Source of the DNA: Botryllus schlosseri
Taxonomy: Eukaryota
NCBI GenBank assembly: GCA_051294905.1
Contig: CM119372.1
Coordinates: 17,610,001-17,674,000, forward strand
DNA: 64,000 nucleotides
Direction of reading: 5' to 3'
Position numbers and translations under genes: made by a program
Shown: piece by piece, positions 50,661 to 64,000 of the stretch
Position numbering within the stretch: the stretch's first letter is position 1
Layout: each line of letters opens with the position of its first letter
Notes under the pieces: model-generated
What the model was told of the DNA's origin: nothing
Database searches by the model: none
What the model saw: only the letters and a program-made list of their open reading frames with translations

Positions 50661-52376
50661 GCGGTAACATACTAATACCGAGAATGCTATTACCGAGAAT
50701 GAATATAACCGAGAATGCATATTACCGAGAATGGTGATTACCGAGAAAGACAGGACCGAGAATGGACATTACCGAGAAAGACTCGACCGAGAATGGACAT
50801 TACCGAGAACGAGATCTATTCTTGAAATTTGACACCGAATGTAATGCTTCGGTAATCTCAACAGCGGGATCCAAATTCCTTGAATGTGAACTTCCTGTCA
50901 CTGATTGTGTCACCGTCCGTGACACTAGAAAAATAAAGTGTAACACATAACGGAGATGGAGCTTGCGTCATCGAGAATAGTACTGACTTAACACGCTCTT
51001 CTGCTTGTGGATAATAGTATGACTCCTTCCCGTCAGCTCTACGGTCTTGACCAGGAAACAGGCAGGATTTAGCTCCGCTGTCGTACGCTAGATACGACAA
51101 CCATTCGAATGGAGAAGACGTCTTTGTCTATCTGGGAGACGGAACTTGCTTTATGTCTCGCTAATTACTGAAACCGAGTTACGACAACATCCGCGTATCT
51201 TGTTACAACGCACTTGCACGTATTAACGAATGCGTGCGGATATACATAATCCAGTGATATTATAATATGGTCCAGTGTCATACTGGTTTTACACCTCGCA
51301 CCTCGTTTTACACAGATCGCAGGTTACGACGAAGTATACATGTAAAAGCAAAGAAGCAGGAGATCTCATCGACCTCGTCGGTACCAGCAGTCATACTAGT
51401 CAGAATTAGGGCTGGGCAAAATCGAGTTCCTGAGTGATTCAATTCTGAATCACGTAATATGCTTCGAGTCGAGTCGAGTAATCGAGTATCACTCATTGTG
51501 ATGTCATAACAGAATGCAATATGTCAAAGTTTAAATATTTATTTTCTATGCGACCACAGAGACTATAATGCCTGTTGTTCATCACGTTAAAGATACCTTA
51601 GTATTTTTTCGACCTTACCGATTTCATTGCACTTTGTGACAATGTTGTTGGATGATCATGATTCTGGAAATGTGCTATTTCCAGTAACGTTCGTAGCTTT
51701 GTATTTCACGTTTCGTATGCTACCATACGGCCAATCAAGGTTTCAAGGCTTCAACAATTAAAATTAGTATCGAAACTGTAATTCTCGTTAATAATATAGC
51801 TTTCAGTAGCCAGGAGGGTATAATTTCAGTACTCGAAAGAATAGTCTTTTACTACTCGACTCGAATCATTAAAATTAATACTCGATTCAGATTCGAGTAC
51901 TCGAATCATTGTGCCCAGCCCTAGTCAGAATCCGATTTCACATAATAATCAATAATCATGTATCCAAGGCGGAATCTGTTACCGTGATAAATTTTGAGAT
52001 CATTTACTTCGCTTGGAAGAGTCGCCTCTAACGTCTGCCGGGCGTTTTTATTTTATTACTGATCGTCCCGCTCAAATATTCGTGCAAATGAATTAAGCTC
52101 ACATCATATTAGCGCAACAATGGCGTAGGCCGTAGGGAAACAATACCTGACAGCACTGGCCTGTGGCCATGCGTCGCATTATCGGGAGTGATCTGAATTT
52201 CATCGTTTTAAATACCGTTGGATGTTTTTATCATTTTCTCGGTAATGTCCATTCTCGGTCGTGCCTTTCTCGGTAATGTTCATTCTCGGTATTGCACATG
52301 TAGCCTACGCACATTATTGGTAATGTCCATTCTCGGCCGTGTCCATCTCGGTAATAGCATCCTCGGTATTGACCGG
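50661..52376. mobile_element. Element with modular inverted arms built from ACCGAGAATG repeats (Foldback/MULE-like), degenerate
   Basis: About ten ACCGAGAA units at 50675-50810 and inverted TTCTCGGT units at 52236-52372; no TSD found. Confidence 0.65.
51407..51923 (+). mobile_element. hAT-type MITE family TAGGGCTGGGC, nested in a larger element
   Basis: Perfect TIR TAGGGCTGGGCA/TGCCCAGCCCTA; perfect TSD GTCAGAAT. Confidence 0.92.
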
Positions 52377-54369
52377 ACTTGAAATATTGCGACAAAATAA
52401 GCTGCAGGCTACCACCCCCTCAAAATCGCCTAGGAATGTGAAAGTCAGCATTGTTAGCCTGCGTACACGTAGGCTACAACCACAGCGCAGATCAACAATG
52501 ACCAGGTGAGGTATAGATGGATTTGCCTCACCTACTATTAGCTAACAATTCGACAATCCCAGCGCAGCTTTACAATGCGCTATATCGACTTTGCAAACCG
52601 ACGGTGCATTATGAATTGTGTAGATGCGACGGCCAACCTATGTAGTGCAGAACAGATACATTCCCTTTCTGATATATCTGTCATGTACTGTACAATTGTA
52701 CATTCTATCCATACGTGTACCTTAAATTGTGGACATGTCGTATCTTCTTGTGTACGCTGCTTGCGAAGAGTGCTAATGTGGTTACAAGAAACAAGTCGCT
52801 AACTGAATCTGCTATCTACTATTCAGTTCGGTCCATTAGCAATTTTTATGAGTTCAATACACCGCAAAATTTGCGATGCAATAAAAATATAGGAAGGTGT
52901 CGAAACGACTTGGAGTAGTCTTTGGAATCAGACGCCCACCTCGGTATATAATATATTCGTAAACCTGTCTCTAAATGGTCAGCTCCCCACCAGTCACCAA
53001 CCATGAATCTCACTGGTATGCGGCATACGCTTAGGCCCACGTGATACCTAGGAATTTTTGCACAAGACGACATATTTTTTACGTTAAAGCAAGTATTACA
53101 ACAAGCAGCACCCGGCAACTTAACTTTGATACTGGGATGACTTTCCCGCTCAAAACATGCAATTTCCGGGTATCGCAATGCAAGTTTTCTTCGTCGTTTT
53201 TGTATCGTTTGGTGTTCGCATTTTCACAAAATATGTACTGGAATAGGACTCTACGAAGTAGGCAACCGCAACGTACGTACATCTGCTAGGAATCATAGAA
53301 TTTGGTCATCACGGTAAAGACACAGACAGCTGCTTCCTCAACAACACCAGTCTGCCCACGCTTTCCACGCAAATCTCAGATACGTATTGAATCGTTTATT
53401 GTCAAGCCGTAATCGAAGACGGTTCGCCTCTGTAAATCTACCATAGAAACAGTATGTGGAGACGGCACAGATAAAATCTTTAGTCAGACTTTAAGAGCAG
53501 TACAAAATAATCCCTTCCCCATTTAGGACAAAATATCAGGCTAAAAACTAGTCAGAACATGTCCAACCCTAAGCAAATGTACGGCTACTGAAAAGCGGGA
53601 AAATGAAATGCCTTATAGTCGGTGCGCTCGCGACAAGGAAAAATGACGTGCTTCGAAGGCGAATGTCACCACTGGTGTCAATTGCAGACTTTTTGCACCA
53701 ATCAATTTAAGGTTAACATACGAAAAATACCTTCAACGATTAGTGGTAGGAACACAGGAATGGTCATGGTGATAATTAGATATACACAACAGTACTGTAA
53801 CTTCAGACATAACATACGTTCAGTTAATCCGTCATGCATACAGAGCAAATACAGAGATCTATTCGTAACTATGTCGCCACCTAGTGAACAAATGAATAAA
53901 CTAGTCGGTCTTCTGCGCTCACTGTTAACGCGGTCTGTTGTGCTGCCAAATTCAAACAGGCACAAACAGATTTACACGAATAAAACGCTATACGATCCAC
54001 AGACGAAAATAAAGGGCAGGGATTTCAACATCCAGTAACAACACAACACGCTCGCCGCGTAAGACTCGCTAAAAAGTACAAAGACAAAATAATCCCAATA
54101 TATTAATGACGATATTGTGATCACACATATGTTTTTGACTAGATAATCTACGGTAGATTAGATAGCGCATAGTGACTGATATCGATGTAGTAGAACCTTC
54201 TTCTCGGAAGGGTACTCGTTAGAAGAGCTCATTGAATGAACATGCAGCGTAGTGGGCCACCGAGAGCTAATAAGCACAATGAAAAAAGGGATATTGCAAA
54301 CCATAACACGTATCGCGTAATCAAGAACGCGTCGGCGCGTTCAAAAGTTAAAATCGTAAAACTCGCAAT

Positions 54370-57300
54370 TTATAATCGAAACCGGTTCTCTTCCGAAGAC
54401 TCGCTTTCGGCGTCTTCGTTATCGGCCGCGTTCGGCACGACCGGAGCCCTTACGTAATCCGGAGCTTTCTTTCCGTTTACCACGTCCTTGTCGATGCAGA
54501 CGCCGATGATGTCGCTACCCGGGACTTCAAACATGGCGTCGAGCAGTAGCTTTTCCTGTGTGAAAAATGCACGACTACGTGATGGCAGACTCGCACAACT
54601 AGACAATTCCAGCTGTCTATTAGACTAATTGAAGTGAAAGTTCCAATCTAATTTGAGAAATGTTCCATGCTCCCATTTTGGTTCATATCTAATTTCCAGT
54701 TTTCTTGAAAATGCTACTGCTATACGAGAACTGTATAGTGCGAAACGAGCCAAGTTTGGTGTACACACAACTCTAATCCAGAGGTGGTCAACATTTTCGG
54801 TATTCGCGGCCACATTTCGATTACTCACGTAGCCTAAGGCCCCATTCCAGGGCATAGCCGTTATAAACTAACTGGATGCCAAATACCCTTGTTAAACTGC
54901 CCATGTCCGTTTCCGGTGAACTCCGGACTAATCTACTTTTTGATATCGACGTACTATATGCACCGAAATCGCGAGTGGTCATGTTATGAATAGCCACTGG
55001 GACACAATATGATCGCGATTTTTTCAGATTCACGAATGAATTTCGTCATTGATATTAGTAGTTTAACCGGTAGTGTTATAAATGATGATGCAGCTGCGGG
55101 TGGGCCAATTGTCTTCAGTAGCATGCTGTTACTTCTTGACCTCCCATCACCATTGTACATATAGTAAAATATATATTGGAATTGCCCAAACATAGCACAA
55201 ACAAATTTCATTCGTGAGGAGCACATCTCACACGATTCCAAGTTGATATTTGTATATGTGGCTTGGGGCGCACCATATTTCTCGGCCCTGTGGATATAAG
55301 GCTGTATCAGCTGTACCAGCTGTATCAACTGTATCAGCTGTATCACTCTGTGGATATAAAGCTGTATTATCCTGTGGATATAAAGTTGTATCAGCTGTAT
55401 CACCCTGTGGATATAAAGCTGTATCAGCTGTATCACCCTGTGGATATAAAGCTGTATCAGCTATCAGCTGTAACACGGCTCTATCAGCTGTATCACTCTA
55501 CCTGTATGGAATCGGTGTCTTGTGTTCAAACAATTCTTGATTTTTTTATTATTTTTTTTAATTACTTTAACTTTGAGAATCATTGCTGCTCCCATATTAT
55601 AGAAAAACCATACCGAGATTCACCCAGGTATCACTCTGCAATTAGTATCAGGTCTACAGAGGTGGTCAAAGTAGTCACCGTCGCTACTCAAGTAGAAGTA
55701 GAAGTAGCGCCGGAATTTCTACTCAAGTAGAAGTAGAAGTGGGGATTCACAAGTAAGTAAGTAAGTAGGTATTCTACGCATATTTTTGCCTACAAAACTG
55801 AAAACTGCCTAGTAGAATTAGAAGTAGTCTAAAATCATAACTACTTTAAAAGTAGTCTGAGTAGGCAAAATCTACTTGAAGTACCTCAAAAAGTAGAAGT
55901 ACTTCGTTACTGACCACCTCTGCAGGTCTATACTATGTTTGGGTTGCGCGAAATAGTCTAGTAGGCTGTCACATATTTAGTGAGTCAGCTCTTCTCGCCT
56001 ACACGCGCGAAGAAAGAGAAATTTCTATATTTCATGATTGAGTCGGTCAATATATGATCGGGAATTGCATATAGATTGCTATCAATTTTTTTAACGTCTC
56101 TCTGCTCACGTAATCTAATTTAGGCTACCGGCCGGTAGAGCTGAGTGAGGTGTGTTTGAAAAGGTAGGACTCCTCGAATAATAACAAAACAGCACTTCGT
56201 CAGGCTCCCCAAAAACCTTGAATCTTGGGCTCTTATAGGGTGATAAACCGTCCCCCATCACGTTGTTCGCTTTTGCCACGAAATTATTGTTGTAATGTTT
56301 AGTGAGCCAGCGTGAAGCGCAAAAATTTTCAATAATTCATGATAAAATCGGCTTATAAGATCGGGATACAGCTGATACAGCTGTGATACAGCTGATACAG
56401 CTTTATATCCACAGGGTGATACAGCTGATACAGCTTTATATCCACAGGGTGATACAGCTTTATATCCACAGCGTGATACAGTTTTATATCCACAGAGTGA
56501 TACAGCTGATACAGCTTTATATCCACAGGGTGATACAGCTGATACAGCTTTATATCCACAGGGTGATACAGCTGATACAGCTGATACAGCTTTATATCCA
56601 CAGGGCCATATTTCTCTGCTGTTCGTATCTGTACTGTGGGGCTCAGATTGCAAAGGGCGCTACTATATTAAAATCAAAAAATAAAGTCACATTGAATTGG
56701 GGGTCAATCCGGAAATTAAATTTGCATGTAGACGGCGGCCAACTCACCAGCATGGATCGCAATCCTCTGGCGCCGGTTTTCCTCTCAAGGGCCATGTTCG
56801 CTATGGCTTCGAGTGCGCACGGTGTGATGGCCAAATCCGCTTTGTCCATATGAAAAAGCGACTGTAAAACGAATTGTGGTAATGAAAGACGTAGTAGTGG
56901 CAAAGAGAAACAACAATTACACAAGAATTCGTCTCATAGTAGAGGTTGTGGTACAAGCCTATCAAGTAGCAAAAGGAAACAAAATACTGACCAAGGAAAC
57001 TATGCCAGATCGTCGAATAAATTCTGAATGCAGTGACTTATTTACTTGTTTACTTGTTATTAACTAGTAGAGATTTGGAAATAACATAGCATATCGACAA
57101 TCGTATCACCAAATATGAAACAGTATCGGCAACGTTAATTTTGTTATGGACACAACGGAAAGTATCATTAACCTGAAGGTCCAATTGTCGTTCTGGGGTA
57201 TCATAACTCTATCTTCTCCTTTAATATATTGTTTTGCGCTTCTAAGGTTGTTTCAACAGGTTTTTGTTCGTGAATGATACGTCAGCGTACCTTAGGGCTA

Positions 57301-60300
57301 GCTCACTAGTCCAAGCTAACCTAACCCAAGCAAAACCCAAAATTAACCAGAGCTGCAACCAAGGCCAAACCTAACCGTAAGCATTCGTCAGCAAAATATA
57401 CATACGAAGCACACAAACCTGAAACTGCTGCACGATAGCGTTCTTCGGTTCTGTCAATATAAGCATGAGATGTTCTGCGGTAAGACTATGAAGCGCAACG
57501 GTGATTGGCAATCGACCGACAAATTCCGGAATCATCCCAAACTCGATTAGGTCCCTGCGGAAACGATAAATATCTCAATCAAAAATGGTACAGCTTGCAA
57601 TTTTGAAAGCAGCCACCTTTGATAAACCGTTAAAAGCATGCACGACACTTACATGAATCTACTTTTTAACTATTTACTCAACTACTCTACAGACGTTCCA
57701 TTGTCTATTTCCACAAGAGGTAGTCTTGACATGTCTTGGGAAATAGCCGCGTACGGTCAAAGATTGTTTTCGCGACACAACACGATTGCAAAACATTGCA
57801 ATGTCAACTCTTATATTCATGTTCCCTATATTCAAACCTCGCTTCCGTCGCGTGCAATAAAGCATCTCTCTCCAAGTTCTCTTGCACGGTCGTCGCCGCT
57901 TTACTTTCAAAGCCGAGACCGAATGATTCGACATCAGTCGTATTTGACGTCGTCTCGCTGTCTCTCTGTTTGAAGCCCAACGACTGCAAGATAGGACGTG
58001 AGGTTAGGATGATGTTGGGTTAAAACCGGAAAACCGTTATGCAGAGACACCGTATATAAATTAACACTTGGCGTGCCTAGTTCTTTGGCGATTTCCCGCA
58101 CAGATTTTAGTCGTACGTAAACCGAAATGCAAAACAAAAGAAGAGGGATGGATATGTATTGGCGATGTCATAATATGCTTGGCAGTGTGACGATTTACTA
58201 TCGTCAAGGGTCGGGCTGGGCTAAGTCAGAGGGCGGGTATGGTTTGGTTCAGCAGATTTTGCATGAGTGAAATCAGGGGGCTAGGGTTGGGATCTGTAAT
58301 ATATTAGGGGTTAGGCTGGGCCATACCGCCGCTGTGTGAGTGAGCACTTTAAATTCATGTCCATTAATTAATTATAGGAAAAAACATCAAATTTTAAATC
58401 GACTTAAAAGCTTTTTTCTGCATGATGTCGGAATATAGAGTTCACGTTCTACTTCATATTGTACGAAACTGTTTAAAAGTAGCCTACAACTCGCTACAGA
58501 GACTTTTAAAATAGACTTTGTTAAATTCTGACAGTGCAATTAAACGACAATTGGCAGTATATGGAAAACATCAAGTATTTCTTTCCAACCACAGTTAACC
58601 ATCACAATCAAGTCAATGAGCTTTGCGAGCTTCGCCTTGTAGAAACTTCAATGGAACCGCGTATAAACATCTGATATCAAAACGGCAGCATGGAATGAAG
58701 TTTTCGATATTACCTTTGAATTGAATAAATTCGTTTTAGGGTGAATATTGAAGGTTCCCCGGTCCGCAAGCTCAAAAAGGTTGAGAAACCCTAATCTAAC
58801 GAGTACGCTGAGGTGGTCAAAGTAGTGCATCGTTGGTAGAAATAATGGTAATGTACATTTCCGCTCAAGTTATAATAGTATTTGAAAAAGTAAGTAATCT
58901 AGGACTAGTTTGCATAAAAACTGAAAAGCGTCACATAGTACTTGTATTCTTAAAACATAACCACTCAAGTAAGTAATGCAAGTTGGCATAAACCTGTTAG
59001 AGAACTCAAAAAAACTTTAGGTAGACCACTTCATTACTGACCACTTCTGCAAGCACCATTATGAAAGCGGCGATCAAACGGCAGTACCTTCACGTTTTTC
59101 CTCTTCCCGATAATCTTTTCCACGCCGTTGAACGCGCCGGACGCCACAAAAAGAATATTGGTGGTGTCGACGGCCACCGTTTCCCCTCTCAACTTTCTCG
59201 AATTACGCTCCGGCACGTTCACGACCGTGCCTTCCAGCATCTTCAGCAGGCCCTGCAAAAAAGAAAGCGCAAAGTCACGAAACGCGTCTCCACATAACAG
59301 GCAGATCGCGTCACCTGCTGCACCCCTTCGCCGCCTACGTCGCGAAGCTGGTGTACGCCGGGCACGCAGCTGATCTTGTCCACTTCATCGAGAAAAACGA
59401 TGCCTGAAATCCACATGAGCTCAGTGACGAAGTACATCTACTTTTTACGAGTACTCGAGCGGTTATGTTATGATTACTTGTAGCAGAAGTCTCCGCGATG
59501 GAATCAAAACAGCTTGCGTCCATTTTTCAAAATTTGAGATAGCCATGATTTTGTAAATCTTTCCCTGCCATATCGGCCATGTTTATGTTTATCCCAATGA
59601 TTGAAAGTCAAATATGGCCGATATATTGCCGAAATAAAATGAAACTTTACAAAGAGTTAATTTTCCCAAATATGTAAAATTTACCTAAGCTACTTTGATT
59701 GCAGAGCGACGAAGTGGTCCGTAATGCTAATGAAGTACTTCTACTTTTTAGTAGCACTAAAATAGTTTTCTCGCATTACTCACTCGAGTGGTTACGTTTC
59801 CACACTACTTCCGCTTTTTACAATTTTGATTTTGAAAATTAGAAAGTAACAGAGGAAAAATTTGCATCGCTTTTATTGGTGCAGTAGTCAGAAAAATTAC
59901 CCCTGCATCACGGTGACTAAATATATTTGGAAAATGCAGTAGTCATTTTGCGTTAGTCGCATCTCGCAATTTCGAAAGTGTACGATTACCTGCTAAAAGT
60001 GTTCGACCCCATGACTATTGCCTACTTTTTGAAACTACTTACAAGTACTTTTCAGACCTTCCATTTTCTAATGCCCCTTGAAGTTGTTTTGACATGTCTT
60101 GAAAATCACTATTCGACTTGCAATTAAGCAGACATTTACGGCGTTACTTCACAATTTACGACGTTTCTTCTACTTCGACTTGACTAGCAACAGAGAATAC
60201 CATCTATCACAGAGGTGGCCATCGTTTTCGGCGAAAAGGACCACATTAGATTTACGAACCATTGCGCGGGACACTTGAATGTTGACGACATTTTATTAGT

Positions 60301-63300
60301 CGTCCGAAAAGAGCGAACCGGATCAGGTATCGGTGAAAACAAGACTTATCTTAATACCGATCAAAATTGATACCTATTACGTCATGAAAACTCAGCGTGC
60401 TTTTATGTTCTAGCCACGCGAAGAGCGAAAATTCTGCTAAGATAATGAATGAATTCATTCAATAATATTGTTGCTTGAATATATTCCGGGTTGCCTCTGC
60501 ACACCGCTAGGTTGATTTGGCCAGGACAGGATTATTAGACGCTTGGACATATCAATATTGAAGATTTTAGCGAACATGCGTCCATCATTTTGTGTCAAGG
60601 TTTCATCGTCGACGATCTTTCTACGCGTGCACATGCGAAGTCGTATGTTGGACGACACGTTCTTTCATAATTGCAAATATAGTTAGACTCAACTCTGGAG
60701 AGGGTACCAATACTAAAAGCAAGAAACCGAGTGACAATAAATCGTGTGAAATTCTAAGAAAAATTTCAAGTCGAATAAATCTGCCGCGAAATATTCTAAT
60801 TTATGGTCGTGCACGCTGATCTACGACCTAAATCGTCGCTGACTAAGCTAATACGTCGAACTGATATATCTTAGCCATCAACATCCCAAATTTCACGGTC
60901 AGGTTAATCAAATTTTTGGTTGGCCTTACAATATCACAATAAATTACACGGGTAATAATTTTTTGATAATATGAATAATTTCGAAAATTACCTCGCAGGC
61001 CACACGGGTTGACTGCGCCTGATTTATTACCAGCTCCAGTTGGTCATCAAAACGCAGTTGCGAACACTAGAAATCGCCTTCGGCCCATTAAGGTCAATAT
61101 ATGCAAGGCGACAAAATCTCTGAAACGGCGATCAAAATGAAATTAACCTTGTTGTCCGCGCTCCACGCTGCCGTTGGCGTCGTGCAGAAGTTTGCCGATC
61201 ACCGATTCGATATCTTCCCCGACGTAGCCCGCTTGTGTTAGCGTCGTGCAGTCGCAAATTGCAAACGGGACGTCTAAACAGCGCGCCAATGTCTGCGCGA
61301 GCAGAGTCTTTCCTGAAACAATACTCGTACTGTACTGGCGGGAACGGAACACGAGCAAAAAGTATTCAAAACCACGACAGTGATATTCAAAGGGTTGCAA
61401 ATTTTAGCGAAAGTACACGAAATCGATCGAAAATTCCAGTGTACACTCTCACACAGGAATGACCAGGATCGGAGTACTTCTACTTTTTCCAAGTACTACT
61501 TTCTCAAGTGGTTACATTTTTAGGCTAATACTTTTACTTCTACTTGAACAGTTTTTTAGGAAAATCTACTCACTTTCAACAATTTGGATTTAATTTAACA
61601 ATTTAGTTCAGTATCAGTTTGCATCACTTCTGTGAGAGAAGTTGACGTAAAAACCGCGTGAAACAGCTTTTGTATCACATTCACAGAAACTTTTTAATGT
61701 CTATTTGAACATTGTTCCTCCTTTCAGTGTCATTAGTCAGTTTGCATTCACAAAGTGACAAAGACACATATTGCAAATTCGGAAGCAGCCTTCTCTGATC
61801 AACTTGAAAAGCATGCGACCCATCAAACAAATCTCTTATCCCATCCAGAATGTGCTGATCATTACAATGACAGTCAATTTTCTATACTTGCTCGTGGCCG
61901 TTCTCTTTTTCATTTAAAGGTCCTGGAATCTACGATCATAAAGCTACGAAAGCCGATTCTCTGTCGCCAGAAGGAACGCCTCTACACTCTTGGAATATTT
62001 CATTAATGTTATGTGTTTTCGGTTATTTATAACCGAATATGTACTCGTTAACGTTTGTTTTGTACAGTTACTACCGTATCTTGCCCGTCTACTAGTTGTT
62101 TGTTTTTGTTATTATTACGTCATACAGACAAAATAGTTCTTACATTTCGAATTTGATTCACCCTATCACTGACATTTCGCTACTGATGCGGGTCAGTCGA
62201 AAAGCTTTTAGCGAATAAATTACCAATATGAAGTTATTGTTTGGCGTAAATCTACTTTTGAAACTAACCACTTGGGTACATGTCCGGCCTTTCATTTTCT
62301 ACTTGAAGTAATTTTCAGCTGTCTGGGAAATCATTACTTGTACTTGTCTATATATTTACAGCATTACTTCTACTTCTAGACGAGTAACAACGCTGACTAT
62401 ACATTGACACCCTATGACTGTACAGCGCACGCAACATTATCAAAAGACCTAGTTTGAAAAAGTCAAATACATACTAAAATACGAACCTGAACCAGTAGGT
62501 CCGAGAAGGAGTATATTGCTCTTTTCCAAAACGATTTTTTGCTCGGAATCGTTCCCGATCGCTTCCGCGATTCCTTTCGGTTTCATCCTGCCCCCAGCGC
62601 GGGGCCTGTTATCGCTAAACAGTTCATCGTGTACCGAACCCGTGTTTGGAGCTTTACCGAGGCTGTTGCCGGGTATAATACCGGTCATGTGCAGGATGTC
62701 TGGAATGCCGCAAAGAGATGAGAAAATAGCACAGAAATGTGAGCAGTATCGAAATTGGGACATGCAGAGAAACGGGAGGAGAAACGTCACTTATCGATAT
62801 ATTTGAACACCTCTAGGTCAACAACAGGCAAGAAAATGGTACCAACGCATTTTTGAAAGCCTAGTTCAAGATTAGGAGAGCAAAGTTCACCGCTTGTAAT
62901 TCCTTTATGATGCTGTTTTGATACATGGTACAGCACAGAAACTCGTGTTGCCCTGAAGACATATTCACTCACCAGCCCTGACACATGTGTCATCACAATT
63001 AATCCATAAGGAGTCGAATTGTTTTTAAAGCCTACTAGCCTGATCCGTGATCCCCTCAAATTACTCATTACTGGAAAAATGCATATCCTTAATGATAACC
63101 GAAAATGAATTCACAAAACAGAATAAAAACATTCATTGGTTTGCAAACACGAATAGGCACATCATCTCAATACGCACTTGCATCATGGACAAAATAGAAT
63201 GAACAATAATGTGGACTACATTGCTTGCTTGTATCATAACAACATCAGCAGCACCATACAAGAGCTATGAATGTCATTCATGGCTTGAAATTTGTGTCAA

Positions 63301-63790
63301 GTGCCACAACCTAATCTAAGGTGTTAACATTGAATGGCCTACGATCCGAAACATGTTGATCAATGTCAAATGTCACAAACACAGACCAGGTCTACTGTAA
63401 GTTGTAAACATTGAACAGCCTACAGTCAAACAAAGTTTGCAGTTATAGTCCATTGATCCCCCGAAAGAGTCACAACCAGCTACTTCAACCACAACACAAT
63501 CAACAAAACATCGCAAATATCGATCTGAAATTATCAACCAAAACTGGTGGAATGTCAGTGTGACGCCAGTGGCTGGTCTGTTTAACACAATAACTTGGTC
63601 AAAGTACAATACAAACACACTCACCACTTGATGTGTAGCGCTGCGAGTGTCCTTCTTGGCCGTGAGAATGAGTTAATTTTGATGAGGTAGCGTTGTTGAA
63701 AATTCTTTTATAGTGGTTATATACAGCGACGGAAAGGACTTTTTTTGCGTGACTTTGACCAATTACATATCTGTCGAGATACTCGAGAAT
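54370..63790 (-). CDS. CLPX: Mitochondrial ATP-dependent Clp protease ATP-binding subunit ClpX, 3' nine exons (5' part outside the window)
   Basis: Exons 63625-63790 ([26 protein letters not shown]), 62487-62699 ([13 protein letters not shown]), 61148-61312 ([21 protein letters not shown]), 59315-59403 ([20 protein letters not shown]), 59088-59252, 57838-57983, 57419-57554 ([11 protein letters not shown]), 56748-56861 (TGARGLRS), 54370-54555 (LLDAMFEVP). All GT-AG with compatible phases. Confidence 0.96.
55284..56607. mobile_element. Foldback/MULE-like element with minisatellite TIRs and 9-bp TSD (last CLPX intron)
   Basis: GGCCCTGTGGATATAA../..TTATATCCACAGGGCC; arms built from 24-42-bp units of CCCTGTGGATATAAAG(CTGTATCAG)n; TSD ATATTTCTC at 55275-55283 and 56608-56616. 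Confidence 0.9.
55657..55922 (+). mobile_element. Short (266-bp) member of the CAGAGGTGGTCA family nested in the Foldback element
   Basis: Both TIRs present; perfect TSD CAGGTCTA. Confidence 0.9.
61831..62247 (+). mobile_element. Second, shorter Penelope-like 3' fragment, in a CLPX intron
   Basis: Reverse-complement match to ~27656-28075 with few substitutions; same peptide [27 protein letters not shown]. Confidence 0.82.
62176..62215 (+). ncRNA. Variant hammerhead motif with a core substitution (CTGATGC), probably impaired
   Basis: TTCGCTA-CTGATGC-GGGTCAGTC-GAAA-AGCT-TT-TAGCGAA; homolog of 27688-27727. Confidence 0.55.
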
Positions 63791-64000
63791 CTGTGAAATA
63801 TTAACGTCCAGTAAGATTTCGTTGATTTTGGTAAAAATACGTTGTCAAACATTAACAAGATTTTAAAACAATATCAAAATGGAATGGAACAAAAGCCCGG
63901 CCTTTTTCCACAAAAGAAACTTATATATTGTAAAGTCGATACAAAACAAACAGCTGCATTGACAGGCTATTGTCGTTGCAATACGTGTAACTGAAGTCAA

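Noticed and set aside
55284..56607. Regularly spaced repeats suggesting a CRISPR array, and repetitive ORFs ([20 protein letters not shown])
   Set aside because: No unique spacers and no cas genes; these are the tandem-repeat arms of a Foldback-type element in a eukaryotic intron.
57417..62486. Several GTT-starting donors (GTTTGT, GTTTGA, GTTAAT, GTTCGT) as a non-canonical splicing system
   Set aside because: All remain GT-AG; weak donors alone do not show novel machinery.
54370..63790. ClpX as bacterial contamination or horizontal transfer
   Set aside because: It has GT-AG introns filled with host transposons and eukaryotic-type insertions; it is the ordinary nuclear gene for mitochondrial CLPX.

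Overview
Animal genomic DNA with spliceosomal GT-AG introns and very dense small transposons. The gene families and repeat style suggest an ascidian/tunicate, but that is inference only. Five protein-coding loci can be read: (1) a complete 13-exon secreted astacin metalloprotease, astacin-TSP1-CUB-MAM (+, 4947-13903); (2) a multi-exon coiled-coil/CAP-Gly gene (+, ~15747-26033) that appears to carry an L2/CR1-type LINE inside one exon; (3) an intronless 7TM GPCR-like gene (+, 42542-43660); (4) a BTB protein with repeated BACK-like units and no Kelch (-, 46010-47788); (5) the 3' nine exons of mitochondrial CLPX (-, 54370-63790, continuing past the window). Two copies of a tightly linked tRNA-iMet/tRNA-His pair (7-nt spacer, single terminator) are present. 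The rest is a mosaic of non-autonomous hAT-type elements with 8-bp TSDs (some nested three deep, one only 36 bp), a Foldback/MULE-like element with a 9-bp TSD, tRNA-derived SINEs, LINE fragments, and two Penelope-like 3' ends carrying a minimal hammerhead ribozyme motif. Exon boundaries and TSDs were read by eye and nothing was database-searched. I see no convincing wholly new multi-gene system. The best leads are the dicistronic tRNA unit, the hammerhead motif, the LINE-split exon and the 36-bp element.
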